DNA from: Guillardia theta CCMP2712
Lineage: Eukaryota > Protista > Cryptophyta
Length of the DNA: 55,556 nt
NCBI RefSeq assembly: GCF_000315625.1
Contig: NW_005434600.1
Span: 383,521 to 439,076 of the forward strand
Direction of reading: 5' to 3'
Shown here: positions 37,426 through 49,459 of the stretch, piece after piece
Layout: each line of letters starts with the position of its first letter
How positions within the stretch are numbered: position 1 is the stretch's first letter
The notes under the pieces: generated by a model
Seen by the model: only the letters and a program-made list of their open reading frames with translations
What the model was told of the DNA's origin: nothing
The model's database searches: none
Position numbers and translations under genes: made by a program

Positions 37426-39299
37426 TCAGTCATCCTTGCCCCAACTACCTTTCACAACACACCTGGTTCCTTCAGCTTGCTCAACGGTCGGCAAGTAAGA
37501 GAACGATTGATCTTTCTCTTGAGCTTGCCCAGACTGCATCAGGCCAGCTTTCAGCGCGGCCGGGCCTCGACCGAAGCTTTCAAGAGCGGCAGTCTCCTGG
37601 AGAAAGTCTCTTGGGGCAAGTGGAGAGATTGAGGGATCTTCTGCAGCACCTGGTAAACAATGACAGGCAATGAGACAGGCAAACAAAAGGTACGACAACC
37701 TGCTTCCAGCCCGGACGATTCGGTTGGCACACCATCGCTACTGCTAGTCATGGCGCTGCTTGCAGGTTCGTTGCTGGCTTCAACCGCTCGCTGGCTCACA
37801 TTGCTGGACCGATTTTCTTCCCACGGCCTGAATTCTTTTTAAAAAAACACCAAGGGAGCGGATCATCACTTTCTCCGTGGGTTCTTCATTGCAGGGGTCG
37901 CTGTGAAAGAGTTGTCCACAGGGGAATCATCAACTTTGCGAACATCGCTAGGAACCCCTCCTTTCTGCTCGACTCAGTTCTGCACGTAGAATGAAAGATA
38001 ATGCACCTGAACGAGGTCAAGGACTTCTTTGAAGTTCGTTTCCACGGCTGAGGTATCATCTTGCTTCGTTTGAGAGTCAGCACACGAAATTTGCTCATCA
38101 TCTGCAGACATTGCAGCGTTCTGTGAGTACTCAGAACGGATCGACAGGTTTACCTTTGCCCTTTGAGCTGCCCGAGGCACTTCCAGCACCTGACGCTGCT
38201 TGTCCCACTTTTCCAGCATTTGCCAAATTTCTGAAAATTCGAGCGTTTGGAAGACCCTGAGGGACTGAGGCCCCACCCGCAGAAGACGAAGGCTTCACCT
38301 CCACCTGATCGATGACCTTGGCCATCGGAGGAGCTGCTGCTTCACTCTTCTTGTCTTCAGGTCCATTCCCCCCGTTCTGGGTTGCAATATTCAGCATGAG
38401 GGTTCGGAGCGACTTCACTTCTTGTTGCAGTTCAGACAGACTGTTACTGGTGATCATGTTCTGAGTTGTGTTCAAGATCTCCGTCTTGACATGATCCAAA
38501 GATGGAGCTGACTCTAACGCAATAAGTCTTCGGTTCATGTCAGAAACTTCTTTGATGTTCCTGTCCACAGCTTCGTGCAGTTTGTGAATCGAAGAAGAGA
38601 TCTCTCTCAACCTCTCATCGTGCTCTACATTTTTCCTCTCTCTTACTGACCTACCATTATCTGTTGTTCCCCAAAGATCTGCGAGATGCTCTTTCGTGTA
38701 CTTTTTTGCGAGTACCCCAAGCCCAGATCCGAGTCCCACAACAGCCATGGAAGCCAGTAGAATCTTTCCCCTGATCGCAAATTCATTTGACACAGGAGGA
38801 GGTCAAGCAAGGACGAATACGTACCAGCTTGACTGAGTGGAGCTCGAGCTCTGTAATTCGTTTCCTGTGCATGGAGTCAAGAGAGTGCGGAATTCAACGA
38901 TATGTTTACCTTGCGACCCTCGGGAAGGCGATGCTGAACTCAACATGTTTGGTTGAGATTGCGAGGTTTTGATATTCGCTTGCTGTGTGTTTGACGTAGA
39001 CTTCGCCGCTGCTTGTGATCTTGACACCTGATCGAGCTTGGGCTGTGCGATGCGTACAGCCTCTTCAATCTCCTCTTCTGTAAGCCCCTTTGCTGCAATT
39101 AGCTGGTACAAGACAACAGACATAACAAAACAACCTTTTTCTGCAAGAATTTTTTCCTTTCATCCATGGTAGACGCCTGCACTTTTGGATGGAGCAGGAA
39201 CTGAACAGCATTTTGCACTTGATCATCGCGTAATGCGCCTGCTTGGCTGCTTGCGGGAGCGGTCGCGGGAGCGCTTTCTTCAACGACGCTATCATCCAT
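37426..39299 (-). CDS. PEX14: Peroxisomal docking protein PEX14
   Basis: Pex14_N LRDDQVQNAVQFLLHPKVQASTMDERKKFLQKK|GLTEEEIEEA, then a hydrophobic segment, a coiled coil (LQQEVKSLRTLMLN) and C-terminal NFKEVLDLVQ...VRKVDDSP...RPWE. Confidence 0.9.
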
Positions 39300-40072
39300 T
39301 TGCAGTATGCTGCAGTCGATGCCACTCTAAGTTGAACACTTTATGTCCTCTGTGCCTGCTCTCTTCGCTCTTCCTCTCTTCTCCTCTCCTTCCCTTCACT
39401 CTCTGTCTCGACCCTGGTTGTGTGCAGGTTTCTTACCATCGAACCCAAGTCATATTTCACTAAATGCCGTCGGGCCGGCGGTCAGACCTCCGGAGGTCCG
39501 GGTCGGGACTCGGGAAATGTCGTTGGGTATTTGAAAAAGTGGTACCACCGGTGGTTTAGATATCACAAAAGGGGGTAGTATGGGCGTGTAGGTTTGGTCG
39601 GAAGGACAAGCGATGCGCCAAGCGAGGGAGAAGGGAACAGAAGAGTAGAGGCAAGCAGAGGGGACAGAAGGAAGAGAAGAAAGGACAAAGATAGGAGAGA
39701 TGCTTTGAAAGTGAGTGGAGAACAGAGGTTGGATAGCATATATGAGATAGCATTGAAAGATAGGTGATCTGATTGATGAATTATGCTGTTTGGTTAGCGG
39801 ACACAGACAGGTTATCAGAACGCACATATCAAGATAAATCGACGTAGGTCAATACCAGGAGAAAGCACGATCAGCACAATATGTCTTGATACACATTTCT
39901 GATATCAGATGAAAGAAGCAAGTAAAGGATAGGGATGCTAGGTCTTAGTCTCGATGAGAAATGGAACACATGATTAATCAGTCATCTTCTAATTTCCCAA
40001 GTGATTTCAATATGTATCCATGATCTAAGTCAGTACGTTTTGTTGCAGGTCTCAGTTTTTCTTGTTTCCATC

Positions 40073-41910
40073 ATGTATCGATCGCAGGGCATAGCAATGA
40101 AGGAGAATCGCTCTCCCCCCAAGGCTGGAAACACCTTCTTGAAATCTTCCTCGTCGGCACTTCAATCAAAGACAAACATCGCAGCCACCGGCGCCCTTCG
40201 TGTCCCCAGCAAGCCGACGGTACCTAATGTCATTCGTCCCATCACCGCTTCTTCCGTCTCCTCTAGCTCCATGCAGGCAGGCAAGGGAGTTGTGCGGCCA
40301 GGAACAGCCCCTGGGTCTTCTGGTCACAGCGAGAGCAGAGGTCAGGACCAGGGCACAGAACGAAACCAATCAGCTCGGCAGGGCAACGTGAAGACATGGG
40401 AGCTGTCTGACTTTGACATCGGCAAGCCTCTGGGGCGAGGAAAGTTTGGAAACGTCTACCTTGCAAGGGAAAAGAAGACTCAGTTCATCGTGGCGCTCAA
40501 AGTTCTGTTCAAATCCCAGCTGGCGAAGGCTGGAGTTGAGCACCAGCTGAGAAGAGAGATTGAGATTCAGTCGCACTTGCGACACACTAACATCCTCCGG
40601 CTCTACGGCTACTTCTACGACCAGAGCCGCGTCTACCTCATCCTCGAGTTTGCAGCAAGAGGGGAGCTATACAAGGAGCTGCAGAAGGTTCTCCCCGTCT
40701 CACTTGCTTTTCCCGTCTTTCCTCTCCTCTCTCCCACGTGCTGCTGCTCTTCTGTGTATTTCTGCTGCTGCTCTTCTGTGTATTTCTGCTGCTCCTTTTC
40801 TGTGTATTTCTGCTGCTGCTCTTCTGTGTATTTCTGCTGCTCCTCTTCTGTATATTTGTCTTGTTTGTTTGGTGACGCATTGAGGGCAGATGAAACGTTT
40901 CCCGGAGGAGCGAGCAGCTTACTACATCGGATCTCTTGCGGCCTCCCTCGCCTACTGCCATGAGAAAAATGTGATCCACAGAGACATCAAGCCCGAGAAC
41001 CTCCTGGTGGACAGCAAGGTGACCCTTTCCTCCCCTCCCTCCCCCTGTTCCCGTCTCCTCTCCCCTCCCCTCCTCTCTACCCTCCCTCCAGCCCCTCCTT
41101 CTTCCCTTCCCTGCTCCTCCTTTTCCGCTCCTTTCCTATGATTTCCTTGTACTCCTTGTCTTGTCTCTTTCCTGACCTGACCGGATCGTAGGGTGAGGTG
41201 AAGATCGCTGACTTTGGCTGGTCCGTACATGCTCCCTCTTCCAAGCGCCACACCCTCTGCGGCACGTTGGACTATCTTCCTCCTGAGATGGTTGAGGGCC
41301 AGGTAAAGCTTGCTTCTCCTACTCACTCACTTGTTTTTCTCCTCACTATCCTTATTCTTTCTGATCCTCCAACTGTAACTCGTTCTCTTTGGTCCTGTTA
41401 CCTCTGTTGGCTCATGTTTTTCTAAGGCTCATGACAAAAATGTCGACATCTGGTCACTTGGTGTCCTCTGCTATGAATTCCTTGTCGGAAACCCTCCCTT
41501 CGAGGCTCAGGGTCACTCCGAGACATACCGCAGGATCGCAAAGGTGCTTCTTGCTCTTGCTCCACCCTCCTCCTTCTGAGAGCTGATCTCGTGGTTTCTC
41601 AGGTTGACTTGAAGTTTCCCTCCTACGTGTCTGCTGGCGCTAAGGATCTCATCTCGAAGCTCCTCGTCAAAGACCCGAAGGCTCGACTTAGCCTCAAGCA
41701 GGTCCATCTTCCTCCTCCTCCCAATCCCAATCCTAGTCCTAGTCTTAGTCTTAGTCCACTTCCCATTTCGATTCCCGTGATGTCACTTACCTTCTTTGTC
41801 TCTTACACGATCCACAGGTCATGCAGCATCCTTGGATCAAGCTGGGTGACGCTTACAAGGCTCAGCTGGACCGGGAGAACGAGGGAAGGTTCGCAAACCT
41901 CCACCTGTAG
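40073..41910 (+). CDS. AUR: Aurora kinase
   Basis: [51 protein letters not shown] and [30 protein letters not shown]. Confidence 0.96.
40739..40855 (+). repeat. Intronic 24-bp minisatellite (TGCTGCTGCTCTTCTGTGTATTTC, ~5 copies)
   Basis: Tandem units inside an Aurora intron. Confidence 0.85.
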
Positions 41911-41964
41911 AGCAGGAGGAGGAGGAGGAGGAGTGTGGGTGTCTCAATAAAGAATAAACAAGAT

Positions 41965-44646
41965 TTACTGTTTCTCGGTTGTTGTGATTCCCTTCTGTTG
42001 CTTTCTGTCTGAAAGTTTCTTTCCATCCTCCTCGTCCTCTCTGTTCCTCTCCACGTTCCTTTCCAGCAACTGCTTAATAGCTGCTACCACCTAGGGAGTG
42101 TGAGAGGTGCGCTCAGGAGAAAGTTGAAGCAAGAAAAGAAGAAAGCTCTCTTACCTCAGGTGAGATTTTGTTCACGCGCACGTCCATGTTTTTCATCTTT
42201 GTGTTCTCCTCCAGCGCGTCTCTCAGTATCATCCCGCCCTCTGCTGTTGATTCATTCCATGCCTCTCCTCCTGATCCTCCTGCATCCTTCCCTCCTCCCT
42301 TCTCCTTTGTTCCTCCTCCCTGTTCTGGTCCTCGGTTCCCCCCCCCCCCCCACCACCACCACCACACATCTTCACCTGGACCTAGTGCGTTGCTGGAGAT
42401 GTCAACGAACTCGATGCTTGAGTTGAGCCTAAGCATTGCCGCAAAGATCCTCACAGCTTCCCCCTGCTTCCGTAGTCACTCCACCACCCCACCCCGCCCG
42501 TCATGCCCCGTCCCCTCCTCTCCTGCTCTCTTCCTTCCTATCTCTTCCCCCTCGCCTCTCTTCCTTTCTCCCATCAACTCTTCTCACCTGCCCTGATCCA
42601 TCACCAAGCCCATTTCCTCCGATGTGAAGGTGACTCAACGCCTTTTAACTGTCAGACGATAAAGAACATCCGACGGCAAGGAGGAATAAACGAAAAGAGG
42701 AGTATTTTGAAGGATGTGTGCAGTGGGGGGGGGGATGGATGAGGAGTGGAGGCCTTACAGAATTGCTCTTCAACCCTTCGAAGATGTAACATCCTCCTTT
42801 CTCTCCAAGTCTGAACTAGAGTCAACAACGCATCGATGTAAAGCAGCAGGGAAAGCACAAGAGAGTGACAAGCAGTAGGATGAAGAAATCGGGAAGGGGA
42901 TGAAGAGCGTGAAAAAAGGGAACAAGGAGGGGGACAACAGAAGAAGCTCGCACGGGGAGAGGGTTTGGCAGGGCAGGAGGGAGAGAAAGCAGGATGCAAA
43001 AGGGGACAAGAAGGAGAAGCACGGGAGAAACCTGTTGAGTCTTAGGTTCAGGTTGATGAGACAAGTGTTGGTTTGCAAGCTCCTTCCGAGGAACTTTCCT
43101 CCTTCCGAGTGAATGTGATTGTCACAGAGAATTAGAGTGGATATGACGCTATCCTTTCCCAGACACTTGCAAAGAGCTCTTGTTCCCCTTTCAAAACATA
43201 TCACAACACGACAAGACAACAACAACCTGATCAAGACAAACGAATTGAGAAAAAAACTTCAAACAGGATCAAACGAGTTGCCAAACCAGCAGGCAAACAT
43301 TTGAGGGATCATGAGGGGGAGGGAGCAAAAGGGATATGACAAGTCGAGACATCAAGTAAAAGTGATGACAAGAAACTCGAAGGACCTGTCAGAGATCTTG
43401 TTGTGGCTCAGATCGAGATGAGTGATGGTAATGTTGTCTCTCAAACCCACCACGAGCCTTCTGACCTACAAAAACAACAAGCAGTTTACAACCTCACACA
43501 AGACAGCAGCAAGAGCGCAAGGACAAGAAGCAAAGCTATCAATGGAGAGTGAACCAAGCAAATCCATCCAACAAGAACAATGGCATCACTTTTTCGTCAT
43601 CAAGCATATTCTCATTGAGGATCAAAGTCGTCAACGTCTCTGTCTTCGCCAGCTGCAAATAACTCAATGGCGAGAGAAATCGATCAGCCCGTCACCTGCT
43701 GGGCGAGAAGTTCGGCATCTGTTAGCTTCATCCCGAAGATCGATCTCTCATACTTCATGCCCACATTCTTAGACCCATACGTGATGTTCAAACTACCGTA
43801 ACTGTCAGCAAGATCGCTTGTCAGAATCGTTCTGACCTGTACAGATTTGGAAGGGCATCGAAAAGAAAAGAAACGTCGGCGTGCGATGAGAACTGACAAC
43901 GCAAGTTAAGTAAGAGAAAAGGTTCACCCGAGCTTCTCAACAACCCACTGTTATCAGTTACAACCATTTCATCAAATGTCTGTATTCTCTTCTGATCCTC
44001 CAATTATCACCTGTCGAATTTGAAGTTTGTAGATGAAATCGCGAGAGGTGAGGAGAAGTTCGATGAGAGCATCCATGGCCTGACAAGTTCCTCATACCTA
44101 AACCCTCATACTTCGAAAGGGCTTCTTCTCACCTCCTGGCTCCCGTCAAAATTCTCAATCGCCTCCTCGGCTGTTCGTTCAAAGAAGAGTTGTTTCCTGC
44201 ACACCATAAGGGATCTTTCAGCCCACATCGCGGCTGACGCATTTCCTCTCCTCTCTTCTCCTCTTCCTTCTCTCATCGCCTCTCATCACATCTCACCAGC
44301 TATGACCATGCTCTTGGGGAAGGCAATTCTGAAACAGATCAGAGGCGCATCGCTTCCAGTAGACCTGCTCAGACTTGAGGAGAGGAGGAGAGGCTTGAAA
44401 CAAGCTCACATCGGACTCTATGAGTGGTGCTGAGACCTGGAGAGGCAGGTCTGTTGGGATCAGCTTGCACAGATTCTCTTTGAACTTCTCAGGAATCCCG
44501 GCAAACGTCGGGCGACTTTTGAAATTGAGGGCAGCAGATTGAAGGCACAAGTCAGTCAGAGGCTTCACAAACGTCAGGGGCGCGACGTCCTCCTCAGCCT
44601 TGCCGAATCTTGCTGTGTGGATCTGAGCGTAGGCGGTCTTGGACAT
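41965..44646 (-). CDS. TCTE1: Dynein regulatory complex subunit DRC5/TCTE1 (LRR protein)
   Basis: IPTDLPLQVSAPLI..VYWKRC...HGHSW|KQLFFE, ITYGSKNVGMKYERSIFGMKLTDA, and RI-like LRRs (THLDLSHNKISD, LINLNLRLNR). Confidence 0.88.
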
Positions 44647-46231
44647 GGTCTATGGTGCCAACAGGTTGCGTGTACACTAGGGGAACGATGCTGTTGTGAA
44701 ACAAGTCGCCATGATGAAGCCACTTGACCTGTTGGAACACAGAATTACAACACAATCGTTCTAAATGCTCCTTTAGTCAATCAAACTCTGATTCATTTCA
44801 CAAAACCACGTCCTTGTTACCATTTGCACTGCAGTTTTCTTGACTGTTTCTGTGAAGCTCGCTAACTGCTTTACATCTAGAACTCCTTTGTTGTGTAGAG
44901 CTCTTGTTTTATTCCATGGCCTTGTCCTGATTTCGATGCAGGTTATTCGTTTCTTCTCTTATCCTTGATTCTTTCTTCTTTCCATATTCTCGTTCACCAG
45001 TTTCAATTTCTGGTCTGCTCATCGCAACTTTGGCTCCCTGCGACTTTTGTTATCCATTTCATCGCTATTCTTTCCCTTCTGTCTTTTTGCTCGTGATGGT
45101 GCGGCTGACGCTACTGCTGCTTACTGTCCTTGCAGGCCAACGGAATCGTGAACATTGCGCAACAGTTGTAAACCGTTACCGTTCCAAACCGAACAAGGCA
45201 CTCAGGGCCGGAAACCGTGAACGGCGGCGGCGCAGCGGCCCGGGGCTCCGAGGCACTGGGGCCGCGGGCTCAGTTGCCAATCAAGTTACACTGTCACCTG
45301 CGCCTAGAACAAATGCTAAACAAAATCCAACCCAACACCTATACGGACCATAGACAGCTTGATAGAATGGAAGAAGAGATACGTCAATGCTCCCTCACCG
45401 TGCACATGTTGATCATCGATGGAGATACTTGCTTTGCTCCGAGGCTCCCCCAAGTGAAACAAATGACAGATGACGTGGCTAAAGGCTGGTTCTGTGGCAA
45501 CTTGTCGACTTGTCACTGAGTTGGACTGTGCGAGGCTCTGCGTGAGAGACTCTCTGATCGCAATCTCAACACTGCTACTACCCCTGGAGAGGTGTCTCAA
45601 TGCCGCGATGCTGTAACCGGCGCTGATCATCGCACATCACTGTGCGATGCACTTCCTTGATGTTATTCGTACGAACAATGCATTGGAACTGAACAACAGG
45701 TTCTTCATCTTCATCTTGTCTTACTCCGAGCCCATCAAAACACGCTCAGGTAGTAGTAGTAGTAGTATACTATGTCATTAGATTACTAGTGAGTTGGATA
45801 TCTGTCCTGTTGTCTCCTGTCCTAGTCTTGCATACACGGAGGGGTTGTTTGTTCCCCTCCTTCTAGGTTTGCTATGCCCTGGGAGGGGTGGCTTCTGCTC
45901 CTTGGAGGGGTGGCTTTTCCATTTCCTCTGATTCGAACACCCCCGACTTTTCCTCACATCCCACTTGAGACGAGGAGATTTCCAACTTCCATCATTCCTG
46001 GATCAATCATCTCTTGCTTTCTCTTCTTCTGGCGAGCTTTGTACACTTTGTTGAGCTTCTCATCAATTCTTCTTAAATTTGTCTGTGCAGAGTGTGGGTG
46101 CATTGAAGTCGAGCAATCGAGTCTAGTCTTCTCCCCGGCCGTCGCCGCGTCGCCTTCGTCGCCTTCCCTCACACGTTTCAAACCCAGCCTATGCCCATGC
46201 TCCTTCTCCTCCCTCCTCCCTCCGTCGGTCC

Positions 46232-49200
46232 TCAGCGTCTCCTCGACCCCTCTCGTCCCTCCAGAACAGACCTGAGCCATCGGCTCTCCTCGGAGCCTCG
46301 CAAGTCGATGATCCTGTGAGCCAAGGCATCGCCTCCGAGCGATCGGATGCGTTGGATGTTGTGCGAGTTGTTGCTCGCAAGGCTGCTCAGCGCCTTCATG
46401 AGATCGTCCAGCAACAAGGTGCTGTGCTGATGCCTTCGCATCGCGCTAACGACGGCCTCGATCGCTCCCGCCTCTCTCGCCCGCACCTGGCTGTCAGCCA
46501 TGCCGCTGACGATGCTGTGCAGCGCTTGGCACGCTGCCAGCTGTACCCACACCTCGTCCGGGAGCCCGGTCATGGCGCAGACGATAGCCTCGATCGCTCC
46601 CGCCTCGCGAGCCCGCACCTGGCTGTCAGCCATGCCGCTGACGATGCTGTGCAGCGCTTGGCATGCTGCCTTCTGTAAGTTGTCGTTCGGGTGCCTGGTC
46701 ATCGCGCGGACGACAGCCTCGATCGCTCCCGCTTGAGTGGCCGGGAGCCTGCTGCACTCGCTGGTCTTGGCTATGTTAGTCAGCAACCTGCATAGCTGCC
46801 CCTGTATGTCCGCGTTGCTCTGGTGCCTGGTCATCGCGCTGACGATAGCGTCGAGCGCTGCCGCATGACTCGCCGTGCTCTGACCTCGGAAGTTATTCAT
46901 GATGGAGTTGAGGGCCCCGAACACTTTGAGCACGAATATTCTCCTTGCGTCGTCTGCGTGGGTATCGAGGGCTGTCAAGATTGCCTGAATCGCTCCCACC
47001 TCTCGTGCCTGCGCCTGGCTGTCTTCCCCGGAGCGAACCAAGTGGTCCAGAGACCCGCAGGCAGCCTCCTGTATCTCCGCGTCGTCCGGATGGCTGTTCA
47101 TCACGTTGATGACGGCCTGGATCGCTCCCGCCTCTCGCGCCCGCGTGTGGCTCTCTTGAATGAAGCTCGATATGTAGTCCAGAGCCCCGCACGCAGCCCG
47201 CTGTACCCCCGCGTCTTGAACGTGCCTGGTCATCGCGCTGACGATGGCCTCGATCGCTCCCGCCTCTTGCGCCCGCACATGGGTCTGATCCATTGTACTG
47301 ACAGTATGTCTCAAAGCCTCGCATGCAGCCTGCTGTACCCCCGCGTCGTCCGCGTGCCTGGTCATCGCGCGGACAACGGCCTCGATCGCTCCCGCCTCTC
47401 GCGCCCGGACTCGGTTCTGTCTGATCTCCTCATATCTACTCGAGAGTCTACATACATGACTCAGGGCCCAGCACGCAGCCTGCTGTACCCCCTTGTCATC
47501 CGCGTGCCTGGTCATCGCGCTGACGACGGCCTCGATCGCTCCCGCCTCTCCTGCCCGCGCCTGGCTCTCCTCGATGCGTCTGACTATACACTTGAGGGCC
47601 CCGCACGCAGCCTGCTGTACCCCCTTGTCATCCGCGTGCCTGGTCATCGCGCGGACAACGGCCTCGATCGCTCCCGCCTCTCTCGCCTTGAGCTTGTAGT
47701 CTTCAACGCTCTGAGCCATCCTGACCAAGGCTTCGCACGCAGCCTGCTGTACCTCCGCGAGTGCCTCATACGTCGCCATGTCCTGCACTTCCGCCTCTAT
47801 GCTGTCTTCAGCTCCCGTCATCCTCAGCTGCCTCCATACCTCCCTTGCCGGCTCCTTCATCCCACGTCCGTCTTGCGCCTCTACCGCTGCTGACGTCCCG
47901 ACCCGTAGCCTCTTTGCTCCCGTGCTCAGCGGGCTACGGGCGTTTCTCGCCATGCCTTCCAGGGCATCGCATGCTGACTCTTGTAGCCCCGCATGCTCTC
48001 GGTACTTGCGCTTGCTGAATCTCGTCACCACCACCTCGATCCCTCCGCCCGCTGCCTCTCCGATCCATCTCCACGCAGCTACTGCCATACTGCATATGCC
48101 CCGGCATAGCGACTGGCTGCCGCTCCGTGCGTCCTGCAGCCCAGGCGTCCTGCCTGACGACCTCCATGCTGCCCTCTCACGCCCCTCCGCTCCGGCTCGT
48201 CCTAGAGCTACCGCAAGCTCCGCGAACGTCGGGCGATCCTCCTCCCTCGTCGCCCAGCAGCTCTCTACCAGGGCCCATACCTCGTCCGGACACCCTCCGA
48301 CTACGTCCTCTCGGGTCAGCCTCCCACCCCCGCACACGTACCGGATCACACTTTCGTCCGTCAAGTTGTAGTAGGGGGTCTTGCCCAAGGTCATGATCTC
48401 CCAGCACGTCACCCCGAAGGCCCACACGTCGCTCTTCTCTGAGCACCGGCCTCCCTGCATGGACTCCGGGGGCATGTAGCGTACCGGCAGCCCTCGCCCC
48501 GCTACCGTAGCGTCAGTACCGTCCACGAGCTCTACTGCCAGCCCGAAGCCCGCCACCTTCACCGACGTCCTGCGCACGTCCTCCTTGTCGAAGCCCAAGA
48601 CCAGCACGTGCCTTGCCGCGAGGTTCCGGTGGACGACGCGGAGCTCAGCGAGGTGCTCCATGCCCTGGGCGATCTGCTGCATTATCGCCATCTGGTGCCC
48701 TCGCGTCACCTGGCCCCCCAGCCTGCCCACCAGAGCCTCCCTCAGCAACCCCAGCTCGGCGTACTCGGTCAGCAGCAGGCGGCAGCCCTCGGCGTCCTCG
48801 CTCTGCCCCATGTACCGTACAAGCCGAGAATGCGGCCCGAGCCTCAGCATCACCCCGGCTTCTCTCTCGCCGTCGCCTTGCCTCAGCTTGAGCACCGCGA
48901 CCTTGATCCTCTCCGGCTCCACTCCTCGCCCTCGCAGGCGGAGATGACCTATGTAGAGGGTCTTGAAGGAGCCTGCTGAGATTGGCTGCTGGTCGATCTC
49001 GACGTCGTTTCTGGGGACGAGCAGCGCGTGTCGCTCCTGCCACTTTTGGATGGCGCTGCGGAGAGCAATGTTGGGGATAAGGTAGTTGGAGGGGAGGCAG
49101 GCGCCAGTGAGGGGGCTGGAGAGACGGAGCTGGAGCCAGGCCTCGATGGAAGATCTCTCGTAGGTGTAGCCATCGCAGGAGGAGACAGGGTCGGTCATGA

Positions 49201-49255
49201 GCGACATGCTGATGAGGCAGAAGAAGGACGCGAGTGGTTGCTGCTCCGCTATCAT
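46232..49255 (-). CDS. Intronless U-box + tyrosine-kinase-like pseudokinase + ARM-repeat protein
   Basis: U-box FFCLISMSLMTDPV...YTYERSSIEAWL...SPLTG...LIPNIALRSAIQKW; TK-like HRNLAARH, LPVRYMPPES and KSDVWAFGVTCWEIMTLGKTPY; about 9-10 ARM units AGAIEAVVRAMTRH...VQQAAC. First ATG taken at 49255. Confidence 0.9.
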   Translation of the reverse strand: MIAEQQPLASFFCLISMSLMTDPVSSCDGYTYERSSIEAWLQLRLSSPLTGACLPSNYLIPNIALRSAIQKWQERHALLVPRNDVEIDQQPISAGSFKTLYIGHLRLRGRGVEPERIKVAVLKLRQGDGEREAGVMLRLGPHSRLVRYMGQSEDAEGCRLLLTEYAELGLLREALVGRLGGQVTRGHQMAIMQQIAQGMEHLAELRVVHRNLAARHVLVLGFDKEDVRRTSVKVAGFGLAVELVDGTDATVAGRGLPVRYMPPESMQGGRCSEKSDVWAFGVTCWEIMTLGKTPYYNLTDESVIRYVCGGGRLTREDVVGGCPDEVWALVESCWATREEDRPTFAELAVALGRAGAEGRERAAWRSSGRTPGLQDARSGSQSLCRGICSMAVAAWRWIGEAAGGGIEVVVTRFSKRKYREHAGLQESACDALEGMARNARSPLSTGAKRLRVGTSAAVEAQDGRGMKEPAREVWRQLRMTGAEDSIEAEVQDMATYEALAEVQQAACEALVRMAQSVEDYKLKAREAGAIEAVVRAMTRHADDKGVQQAACGALKCIVRRIEESQARAGEAGAIEAVVSAMTRHADDKGVQQAACWALSHVCRLSSRYEEIRQNRVRAREAGAIEAVVRAMTRHADDAGVQQAACEALRHTVSTMDQTHVRAQEAGAIEAIVSAMTRHVQDAGVQRAACGALDYISSFIQESHTRAREAGAIQAVINVMNSHPDDAEIQEAACGSLDHLVRSGEDSQAQAREVGAIQAILTALDTHADDARRIFVLKVFGALNSIMNNFRGQSTASHAAALDAIVSAMTRHQSNADIQGQLCRLLTNIAKTSECSRLPATQAGAIEAVVRAMTRHPNDNLQKAACQALHSIVSGMADSQVRAREAGAIEAIVCAMTGLPDEVWVQLAACQALHSIVSGMADSQVRAREAGAIEAVVSAMRRHQHSTLLLDDLMKALSSLASNNSHNIQRIRSLGGDALAHRIIDLRGSEESRWLRSVLEGREGSRRR

Positions 49256-49459
49256 GGCGGGGACGAGGGAGGGGAAGGGGAGCGGGAGGGAAGAGGGCTG
49301 GGGTACGCATCGCAAGGGAGTGAGAGGGGGTGCGGGTCAAGTCTAGAAAGGGTTCACGGAGGGGGTGTTACGAGGAGGGGAGGGGAGGTACAGGGGGTGG
49401 TAGGAAAAAAGAAAAGCCAATCCTACCAGTGGCTGTAAAAGCTCGAAAAAAGAAGATCT

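Noticed and set aside
45300-46200. Short ORFs between TCTE1 and the U-box gene
   Set aside because: No recognisable domain or consistent splice pattern.
46316-48979. Long + strand ORFs (e.g. 46823-47893, 356 aa)
   Set aside because: Antisense shadows of the GC-rich repetitive U-box/kinase/ARM gene.
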